DNA from: an uncultured bacterium
GTDB taxonomy: Bacteria; Patescibacteriota; Minisyncoccia; UBA6257; GWB1-50-10
Assembly: GCA_963713955.1 (NCBI GenBank)
Contig: OY970216.1
Location: forward strand, 506,252 to 570,251
Length of the DNA: 64,000 nt
Direction of reading: 5' to 3'
Positions 56,798 to 64,000 of this stretch are shown one piece after another. The notes beneath the pieces were generated by a model, which was not told the DNA's origin, ran no database searches, and saw only the letters and a program-made list of their open reading frames with translations. Positions within the stretch are counted from its first letter, which is position 1, and every line of letters begins with the position of its first letter. A program made the position numbers and the translations under genes.

Positions 56798-58726
56798 ATG
56801 GATATAAAAAATATCAGGAATTTTTGCATTATCGCGCACATTGACCACGGGAAAAGCACGCTCGCCGATCGTTTCTTGGAAATTACCGGAACGGTGGACG
56901 CACGACACATGCACGCCCAGTACCTCGACCAGCTTGAGCTTGAAAGGGAAAGAGGAATAACCATAAAAATGGCCCCCGTTCGCATGTCTTATACCCTAAA
57001 CGCTACTCCCTATACCCTCAACCTGATTGACACGCCGGGTCACTCCGACTTTTCATACGAGGTTTCCCGCGCTCTCCAAGCCGTCGAGGGGGGCATCCTT
57101 CTCGTTGACGCGACGCAAGGTATCCAAGCCCAGACGTTATCGAACTTCCGATCGGCCAAAAACGCCGGCCTCACCTTGATCGGCGCCATAAACAAAATCG
57201 ACGTTTTCAAGGATAAAAACGATCCTATCCTCGTCGAATTGAAAAAAGAAACAGCAAATCTCATCGGAACCGACGAAAAAGAAATATTCATGGTGTCGGC
57301 GAAAACCGGCGAAGGCGTCAAAGAGCTTCTCGACGCAGTTATCTCCCATATACCATCACCTAAAGGCACACGCCATTTGTTTGAGAGAAGTGTCTCGGAG
57401 GCCGAGCGGGCACGGTTGCCCGGAGGGCAGAGCGAGGCCGAGAGTCAAGCGGGTGAGCGAGACGCTGGCGAGCGAAACCCCGTCTTCTCGAAAACAAATG
57501 ACGTGGGACGCGCTCTCATTTTCGATTCCTTCTACGACGACCACAAGGGTATCGTGACTTCCGTTCGAGTATTCGATGGAAAATTCCAGAGAGAAGACGC
57601 AGTCGTCCTGGCAGTCAATAACACCGACTTCAAGATAAAAGAAGTTGGATATTTCACGCCCCAGATCAAACCGGGAGAAAGTATCGGAGCCGGCGAGATC
57701 GGGTATATCGCGACGGGCATCAAAGACACGAGCAAAGTGAAAATCGGCGATACTATCATTAATTCGAAATTTGAAATTCGAAATTTGAAATTACTGGCAT
57801 TGCCAGGATATAGGGAGCCGAATCCCGTGGTCTTCGTTTCCTTCTACCCCGAAGACGCGAACGACCACGACAGCCTCAAAAAGGGATTAGAGAGACTCCA
57901 CCTGAACGACTCGTCCCTGAAAATCGAGCTGGACCAAAACGAAATACTGGGGCGCGGTTTCAAAGTCGGATTTCTCGGGAAACTCCACTTCGAGATAACG
58001 GCAGAGCGTCTGGAACGGGAATTCAACGTGAGAGTCGTAAGCACGTTCCCTTCGGTCATCTACAAAATCAAATCAAAGGGACATATGAGTTTCATAACCA
58101 AACCCGAAGATCTGCCGGAAGGAGTGGAGGAAATATGGGAACCAACGGTTAACATCAATATTCTTACTCCTCCCGACTACTTGCGAAACATCTTGCCGTT
58201 CCAGAGAACCTTTCGCATGGAGGGTCTCACGACGAAAACGGTCGGCACGGCGATCGAAATCGACGCCGTAATGCCGCTTTCGGAATTGATAAGCGACTTC
58301 GACGATCAGCTGAAATCGGCGACGTCGGGCTACGCTTCATTCAGTTACGAGTTTAAAGATTACGAGAAGGCAGACATCGTGAAAGTCGACAGTTTCGTCG
58401 CGGGAGAGATCGTGCCCGGTCTCTCCCGGTTCTTCCCGCGGGAGACAGTCGAGCGGGAGGCGCGGAAGATGGTCGAGAAACTGAAAATCACCCTTCCCAA
58501 GCAGCAATTTGCCCAAGCGATACAAGCAAAAATAAGCGGTAAGGTTATAGCGAGGGAAGACGTCCCCGCTTTGCGGAAAGAGCTCGGCAACTTCGGGAAA
58601 AACGGCGGCGACCGGACGAGAAAAATGAAACTCTGGGCTAAGCAGAAAAGGGGAAAGGAAAAACTGAAGGAGATGGGGAGGGTCAGAATCGCACCGGAGA
58701 TTTTCAAGGAACTCATCAAGAAATAG
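56798..58726 (+). CDS. lepA: Elongation factor 4 with in-frame repeat insertions
   Basis: AHIDHGKSTLAD, ERERGITIK, DTPGH, NKID, GFLGKLH. Confidence 0.96.
   Translation: MDIKNIRNFCIIAHIDHGKSTLADRFLEITGTVDARHMHAQYLDQLELERERGITIKMAPVRMSYTLNATPYTLNLIDTPGHSDFSYEVSRALQAVEGGILLVDATQGIQAQTLSNFRSAKNAGLTLIGAINKIDVFKDKNDPILVELKKETANLIGTDEKEIFMVSAKTGEGVKELLDAVISHIPSPKGTRHLFERSVSEAERARLPGGQSEAESQAGERDAGERNPVFSKTNDVGRALIFDSFYDDHKGIVTSVRVFDGKFQREDAVVLAVNNTDFKIKEVGYFTPQIKPGESIGAGEIGYIATGIKDTSKVKIGDTIINSKFEIRNLKLLALPGYREPNPVVFVSFYPEDANDHDSLKKGLERLHLNDSSLKIELDQNEILGRGFKVGFLGKLHFEITAERLEREFNVRVVSTFPSVIYKIKSKGHMSFITKPEDLPEGVEEIWEPTVNINILTPPDYLRNILPFQRTFRMEGLTTKTVGTAIEIDAVMPLSELISDFDDQLKSATSGYASFSYEFKDYEKADIVKVDSFVAGEIVPGLSRFFPRETVEREARKMVEKLKITLPKQQFAQAIQAKISGKVIAREDVPALRKELGNFGKNGGDRTRKMKLWAKQKRGKEKLKEMGRVRIAPEIFKELIKK
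57369..57505. repeat. In-frame palindromic insertion in lepA
   Basis: 22-nt terminal inverted repeats (3 mismatches) bounding a ~45-aa non-LepA segment. Confidence 0.8.
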
Positions 58727-58745
58727 GCCAAGGCGAGAGTTACCT

Positions 58746-58944
58746 TTTGAGAAGCAAAAATGCCCTTGAACGATTTGCCCGAGGTTGTTTCAAAATCCCT
58801 GAGCTCTGAGAAAGGAATGAGCAAAATATCGCTGTTTGAGTCCCTTCAGGTCGAGTTCGATATTTTGCGGCTTGATTCCAACGAAGAGTGAGGAGGATTT
58901 TGATAACCGAGGGTTTTAGTGAGAGGGCACTTTTACTTCTCAAA
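58746..58944. repeat. ~200 bp structured repeat, family A copy 2 (inverted)
   Basis: TIR TTTGAGAAG...CTTCTCAAA; core homologous to 7103-7270. Confidence 0.85.
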
Positions 58945-58967
58945 TAAAAAAGATAGAATAGGGGGTA

Positions 58968-59270
58968 ATGAAGTACTGGAAGGGAATCGTCTTTTTGGTA
59001 GTCTTCGGCGTCGTCGGCTGGGGGCTCGTAAGTTTGTATAGTTCCAGAAACGAAGCGGTCCAGAAAGCGGCGACGCTGAAGGGTAATCTCGATAAGGTTC
59101 AATCGGAGAACCAAGCTTTGGCATCGCAGCTCGAATACTTCCAAAAACCGGAAAATCTTCTCAAGGAACTGAAGGAGCAGACAACCTATAAAAACCCCGG
59201 GGAAAAAGTTATAATAGTCGTGCCCGGCGTAACAAGCACAACGAGCACGACATCCGCCAAAAGCCCATAA
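58968..59270 (+). CDS. FtsB/DivIC-like protein
   Basis: TM, coiled coil, Y..PGEKVIIV. Confidence 0.7.
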   Translation: MKYWKGIVFLVVFGVVGWGLVSLYSSRNEAVQKAATLKGNLDKVQSENQALASQLEYFQKPENLLKELKEQTTYKNPGEKVIIVVPGVTSTTSTTSAKSP

Positions 59271-59327
59271 GGGCATTTAGGCGGACCCGCCACAATGCGA
59301 AGCTTTGGGCGGGACAAGCGCACCAAA

Positions 59328-59606
59328 ATGTTCTATACCTATATCCTTCTGTGTTCAAGTAGTAAGACACCGAGAAAAATATTCTACGTCGGATCATCCG
59401 ATGACCTGAAAAGAAGATTCGACGAGCATAGAAGAGGTAAGGTGAAAACTACGAAAATATTTGATAAGATATTTTTGGTGTATTACGAAGCTTGCAGGAA
59501 TAAGACCGATGCCAGAAAAAGAGAGTTGCAGCTAAAAACCGGGTTCGGCAGAGGATACATCAACAAAAGGATAGCGACAGATCTAAGTAGGGCGGGATTC
59601 GTATAG
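59328..59606 (+). CDS. Small GIY-YIG nuclease
   Basis: YTYIL...FYVG...DLKRRFDEH, YYEA, ARKRELQLK. Confidence 0.9.
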   Translation: MFYTYILLCSSSKTPRKIFYVGSSDDLKRRFDEHRRGKVKTTKIFDKIFLVYYEACRNKTDARKRELQLKTGFGRGYINKRIATDLSRAGFV

Positions 59607-59805
59607 TGGCAGTACGCTTGCTTCCCAAGCCCCGTACAATAACAACGATCAAAGTTACTTGCGAGCATGGTTTAGTGGCAGAATGCGACCTTCCCAAGGT
59701 TGAGACGGGGGTTCGATTCCCCCTACTCGCACAAATTATCACAAGCAATCGTTGTTATTGTAACAGGGCAAGCAAGACGCACCGGTTCGATCCCGGTATC
59801 CCGCA
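59592..59805 (+). tRNA. Outer tRNA-Gly(CCC) interrupted in the anticodon loop by a 143-nt insertion
   Basis: Joining 59592-59627 to 59771-59805 gives a canonical 71-nt cloverleaf: GCGGGAT/ATCCCGC, CTTGC-TT-CCC-AA-GCAAG, ACCGG-TTCGATC-CCGGT. Confidence 0.85.
59661..59731 (+). tRNA. tRNA-Gly(CCC), nested inner copy
   Basis: GCGAGCA/TACTCGC (one C:A mismatch), CGACC-TT-CCC-AA-GGTTG, GGGGG-TTCGATT-CCCCC. Confidence 0.88.
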
Positions 59806-59830
59806 TCAAAGTTGACTAATTAGTACGATC

Positions 59831-60316
59831 ATGAACGATCTAGATTTACTGAAGCGAGATTTACTATTGGAAACACAAAGGTGTATAGATCTTTTTAATT
59901 CCCAAGTTTTCACTAACCATCAAATTTTCACCCAATCCGCTTTTATCGAAATTTTGATCCGTTTAAATGACATCCTCCAAGTGTTAAGCGAAAAGAGTAG
60001 CAGGATAATCTGGCGAGACGATGTCCAAATTAACGACCGCATCAAGGATATCACAGACTTGGTAAATAATTTACGTAACGCTGCTTGTCACATTGATAGT
60101 CCAGAAAACTACATAAGCAATTCTAAGGTGAAGTTTGTTTTCAATACTTTTACTGGAAAATGCCCAAACGCATTTGAGATTGGAGAGAATATTTCGTTAG
60201 GCAACGAATACGAAGATGATGCAGCTTTTTATTATGGAGATAAAAGGATTTATCTAAGCAGACATATTAAACGACTCTTAGAGGAATTACCCGACAAAAT
60301 TAAAAATCTAGGATAA
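59831..60316 (+). CDS. Hypothetical protein (AT-rich)
   Basis: 161-aa ORF containing LRNAACH, an RxxxxH motif reminiscent of HEPN. Confidence 0.7.
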   Translation: MNDLDLLKRDLLLETQRCIDLFNSQVFTNHQIFTQSAFIEILIRLNDILQVLSEKSSRIIWRDDVQINDRIKDITDLVNNLRNAACHIDSPENYISNSKVKFVFNTFTGKCPNAFEIGENISLGNEYEDDAAFYYGDKRIYLSRHIKRLLEELPDKIKNLG

Positions 60317-60498
60317 GTTTCCTTCTTCCACCGTTCCTTATTTTATCAACTTGCTCTTGAAAAAAGTTCTAACGTCATTCACTAGGGTTGTTGACTATAT
60401 AGTCCACCTCTGAAAAGAGGTGATATTTCTTATTCAAAACTAGTATTAGGCTAGTAATCCCTGTCTAAATTGCTTCTCCCGTCAACTTTACCCTCCTT

Positions 60499-60783
60499 AT
60501 GGACATGCCTCATGGTCCGTACCATGATCGTATGGACTATCAAAGATATAGGAGCATACCCAACAAGCTCAGAGATTACCGTAAAGCCAGGAATCTAACT
60601 CAGGAACAGGTAGCCTCAGCCCTCAACCTCAAGAACAAAACCCTCATAGCGAGATGGGAGAGACAAAGGTCTATACCAAATCTCATTACTGCCTTCCGGC
60701 TTTCTGCTCTGTATCAGGTTTCGGTGGATGAACTGTTCCATGAAACAGCAGACAAAGTCAGGGAGGAGATAAAAAGGGGATAA
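60499..60783 (+). other. XRE-family HTH regulator
   Basis: LRDYRKARNLTQEQVA...IARWE...P...LSALYQVSVDELF. Confidence 0.88.
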
Positions 60784-60873
60784 GCGCCTCCAACCTTTCA
60801 GATCATGCCGTAGCCGATTGGCCTGACCCCCATATATTAGACACAAAGGTCGAAGTCAATATACCCTTGTGTC

Positions 60874-61131
60874 ATGAAGAAAACATATCGCACCGCTCCC
60901 GAGGTGAAGGAGCAGATATTGAAGAGAATCAAGGAGGAAGGGATCCCGGTCGTCCAGGCCGCCAAGGAACACGGTCTGAATCCCGCCACCATATACAACT
61001 GGCTGGGAAGGGGCGTGAAAGGCACCCCCACGATCGGTGAACTCGTCCGCCTCAAGCGCCAGAACGAAGAGCTCCTCGCCCTCGTGGGCGAGCTCACCCT
61101 GGCCTCCTCACGCACTCAAAAAAAGCGTTGA
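60874..61131 (+). CDS. IS3 transposase OrfA
   Basis: HTH ...AAKEHGLNPATIYNW; A7G slippery run at the end. Confidence 0.9.
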   Translation: MKKTYRTAPEVKEQILKRIKEEGIPVVQAAKEHGLNPATIYNWLGRGVKGTPTIGELVRLKRQNEELLALVGELTLASSRTQKKR

Positions 61132-61937
61132 TCAAAAAGCAGAAGAAGACGAAGTGGGAACTTGCCCGTGAACTCGGCCTCTCCCGCGCCTCCCTCTACT
61201 ATGTCTCGAAACAATCGCCCAAGGATTGGTCGCTCAAGGAAAGGATCATATCAGTCTTGAGAGACCATCCTTCATACGGCTTCAGAAGAGTGGCTTTGGA
61301 GCTCAAGATCAACAAAAAAAGAGCCCAACGGGTGATGAGGCTCTTCGGGATGAAGGCATATCGGAGAAGGGGCAGAAGGCCAAGGAAAACGGGCTTCTCG
61401 AGTATCCTGTATCCCAATCTCCTTCAGAAGAACTTCCCCAAAGGATTGAACGATATCTGGGTGGCGGACTTCACGTACATCCCGTACCAAGGGAAGTTCC
61501 TGTATCTCGCCACCGTGATGGATTTGTTTGCGAGGGAGATCGTGGGCTGGGCCGTGATGAATACCCACTCGGTGCCTCTGGTCCTCCAGGCACTCTTCTC
61601 CGCGGCGGAACATCATCCGAGACCCAACATCTTCCACTCGGACAACGGAAGGGAGTATGGCTCAAGGATCTTCACCGGAGCTCTTTTGAACCTCGGCGTC
61701 AGGATATCGAGATCGAGGAAGTCATCGCCATGGGAGAACGGCTACCAGGAGTCCTTCTACTCCCAGTTCAAGGTGGATCTGGGCGATCCGGAGAGGTTCA
61801 AATCGCTGGGAGAGCTGGTCTACGAGATCCATCGCCTGGTCTGGGACTACAACCACCGGAGAATCCACTCCGCCCTCAGGATGCCGCCTGCACTGTTCTC
61901 GAATCGCTACCAGAAACTTGTCGAAAAAGTGTCTTAA
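61128..61937 (+). CDS. IS3 transposase OrfB (DDE)
   Basis: WVADFTYI, HSDNGREY, ENGYQESF, YNHRRIHSAL. Confidence 0.93.
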   Translation: MIKKQKKTKWELARELGLSRASLYYVSKQSPKDWSLKERIISVLRDHPSYGFRRVALELKINKKRAQRVMRLFGMKAYRRRGRRPRKTGFSSILYPNLLQKNFPKGLNDIWVADFTYIPYQGKFLYLATVMDLFAREIVGWAVMNTHSVPLVLQALFSAAEHHPRPNIFHSDNGREYGSRIFTGALLNLGVRISRSRKSSPWENGYQESFYSQFKVDLGDPERFKSLGELVYEIHRLVWDYNHRRIHSALRMPPALFSNRYQKLVEKVS

Positions 61938-62042
61938 CTTTGGGGGTCTTTACAATGGGGCGATGAAGCGATTTCGATCAATGTTGGTTTTGACGAAAAC
62001 GGAAAACCGATATTCCTCTCCGAAGAGATAGGAGGAGGCGCA

Positions 62043-62441
62043 TTGAGAGTGATAGACAAGAACCTCGATGGTGCACCCGAAAGAATAATAATTAATAGTG
62101 ACGAGGCGTCTCTAAACCGCTCTTTCGAAAACAGCAGTCTTACCCTCAACCCGATGGAGGAGATAGTCGAACAAAATGAACTCACGCCTAATGAAGCGAG
62201 GGAAAACATCAAGGTATTCGACATAATGAGGGGGCAAGACCTCGAAACTCTCCTAAAAGGCAAAGATATTACAGCTCTACTGAGGGGCTTCGATCTAAGA
62301 ACCGGGATCAAAAAAGAAATCGCCGAAGATCCTAATGATGGAAAATCGGTTGATTTGGTGGGGGGTTTTACTTCCTATTACCAAAGAATCTTGACTGCAG
62401 GCTTAAGCACTCTGGAAAAAGAGGCAGAAGCAGATAAATAA
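62043..62441 (+). CDS. Hypothetical protein, possibly 5'-truncated by the IS
   Basis: 132-aa ORF immediately after the IS; start uncertain. Confidence 0.45.
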   Translation: MRVIDKNLDGAPERIIINSDEASLNRSFENSSLTLNPMEEIVEQNELTPNEARENIKVFDIMRGQDLETLLKGKDITALLRGFDLRTGIKKEIAEDPNDGKSVDLVGGFTSYYQRILTAGLSTLEKEAEADK

Positions 62442-62486
62442 TCCCGATTTGCACCCGAATTAATAAAAGGGTACGCTAAACGCGTA

Positions 62487-64000
62487 ATGTTCCAGTTGAT
62501 TTCTAAAAATAAACCTGCCGGTGATCAGCCGCAGGCGATTGAAAAACTGGTTTCCGGTCTCAAGAAGGGATACGAGAACCAGACGCTTTTGGGGGTTACG
62601 GGATCCGGGAAAACCTTTTCGATTGCCTGCGTAATCCAGGAAATTCAAAAGCCAACGCTCGTCATAGCGCATAACAAAACCCTGGCCGCCCAGCTCACGA
62701 ACGAACTCCGGGAACTTTTCCCGCATAATTCCGTGAATTATTTCGTTTCCTATTACGATTACTACCAGCCGGAAGCGTATATCCCGACAACTGACACATA
62801 CATTGGTAAGGAAGCGATGATCAACGACGAAATCGATAAGCTGCGCCACGCCGCGACGGCGGCGCTTTTGACCCGGAAGGATGTGATCGTGGTAGCTTCA
62901 GTCTCCTGCATCTACGGTCTCGGGACACCCGAAGTCTATGCCGAAAACATCATGAAACTCGAGCCGGGAACGAGGATCAATCGTCACGAACTCATCAAAA
63001 AACTCGTGGAATTGCAGTTCTCGAGAACTACCGCAGATCTCAAACGAGGCACGTTCCGCGTGAGAGGCGACAACTGGGAGATCATGCCGCCGGGCATCGA
63101 GAATATCTACAACCTCGAACTCAAAAATGGGATCATTGAGAAAATCTACGAAGTGAATCCCGTAGAGGGTTTCAAGCCGGGATCGACGCCGACTGTCCCG
63201 AAGGTCTACATCGCGCCGGCAAAACATTTTATCACTCCGCCCGAGGACCGCGACCGGGCGCTCAAAGCCATCGAGATTGAACTCAAGGAGCAACTCAAAA
63301 GATTCGAGAAAGAAAATAAACCGCTCGAGGCCGAGCGGCTTGAAAGAAGAACCAAAGCCGACATGGCGATGATCCGGGAAGTCGGTTACTGCAACGGCAT
63401 AGAAAACTATTCGCGGCACCTCTCGGGAAGAAAAGCTGGGGAGCCGCCAGACACCCTCCTCGATTATTTCCCTTCCGATTTCCTCACCGTCATCGACGAA
63501 TCGCACGTGACGATCCCGCAACTCGAGGGGATGTACCACGGCGATGCCTCACGCAAGCGAACGCTTATCGAATACGGTTTCCGCTTGCCGTCGGCCGCTG
63601 ACAACCGACCCTTGCGATTTGAGGAATTCAAAAAAAAGATTCACCAATCCATTTTCATGTCCGCGACGCCGGGACTCTACGAAATCAAAATGTCCGCCGA
63701 AAGCGCCAGACATTTTGCGCGGACTAACGCGGACAAAACGCAGACCGGCGCGGAAAAAGGTGTCCGCGACCTTCAGCGTAAGATCGGCGACTATCTGCGA
63801 CTACCCGGGGTAGTAGAGCAGATCATTCGGCCGACCGGCCTTGTGGATCCTAAAATCACCATCCGGCCGGTCAGGGGACAGATCCAGGACCTGATACCGA
63901 GGATAGAAGACAGAGTCGCCAAAAAGGAACGGGTCTTGGTTACGACATTGACCAAGCGGATGGCCGAGGATTTGAGTGCATACCTCGAAGAAAGGAAGAC
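62487..64000 (+). CDS. uvrB: Excinuclease ABC subunit B (partial, runs off window)
   Basis: PAGDQPQAI, LGVTGSGKTF, YFVSYYDYYQPEAY, IDESH, SATPG, EQIIRPTGL. Confidence 0.97.
   Translation, partial: MFQLISKNKPAGDQPQAIEKLVSGLKKGYENQTLLGVTGSGKTFSIACVIQEIQKPTLVIAHNKTLAAQLTNELRELFPHNSVNYFVSYYDYYQPEAYIPTTDTYIGKEAMINDEIDKLRHAATAALLTRKDVIVVASVSCIYGLGTPEVYAENIMKLEPGTRINRHELIKKLVELQFSRTTADLKRGTFRVRGDNWEIMPPGIENIYNLELKNGIIEKIYEVNPVEGFKPGSTPTVPKVYIAPAKHFITPPEDRDRALKAIEIELKEQLKRFEKENKPLEAERLERRTKADMAMIREVGYCNGIENYSRHLSGRKAGEPPDTLLDYFPSDFLTVIDESHVTIPQLEGMYHGDASRKRTLIEYGFRLPSAADNRPLRFEEFKKKIHQSIFMSATPGLYEIKMSAESARHFARTNADKTQTGAEKGVRDLQRKIGDYLRLPGVVEQIIRPTGLVDPKITIRPVRGQIQDLIPRIEDRVAKKERVLVTTLTKRMAEDLSAYLEERK

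Larger units (their letters stand above)
60819..61954 (+). mobile_element. IS3-family insertion sequence
   Basis: TG...CA ends with 26-bp imperfect IRs (GACCCCCA...AGACAC); orfA/orfB arrangement. Confidence 0.92.

Noticed and set aside
59628-59770. Group I/II intron or strict BHB intron in tRNA-Gly
   Set aside because: Too short once the inner tRNA is discounted, no catalytic core motifs, and the BHB central helix would need two G:U pairs and a mismatch.
60816-61957. Target-site duplication for the IS3 element
   Set aside because: Flanks GAT and ATG do not form a 3-4 bp direct repeat.
1-64000. CRISPR array, DGR/retron, prophage, stop-codon recoding
   Set aside because: No regularly spaced repeats, cas, reverse transcriptase or phage genes; TGA, TAA and TAG all terminate conserved genes normally.

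Overview
Bacterial chromosome segment (code 11) with the hallmarks of Patescibacteria/CPR, probably Parcubacteria-like: compact genes, no rpmD between rpsE and rplO, a CPR-type Cys-rich protein, a LamG pilin, DUF4012 and a TrpR-like protein. It holds the end of the S10/spc operon through secY-adk-map, topA-dprA, a Zn ABC transporter, Ni-SOD (sodN/sodX), an intein-containing gyrB, rplJL, mraZ-rsmH-ftsL-ftsI-murF, rmuC, secA, two NUDIX/CYTH clusters, glycosyltransferases, lepA, an IS3 element and a partial uvrB. The most striking signal is two independent nested tRNA loci. At 59592-59805 a complete tRNA-Gly(CCC) sits inside a stem-closed insertion in the anticodon loop of a second, otherwise canonical tRNA-Gly(CCC). 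At 13047-13341 a complete tRNA-Ile(GAT) sits the same way inside a more degenerate tRNA-Ile(GAT). The window also has several families of short palindromic elements, some with a conserved core and swapped but still paired stems, and 7-/10-mer tandem repeats, some inserted in frame into lepA and uvrB. All calls were made by eye; no database search was run.
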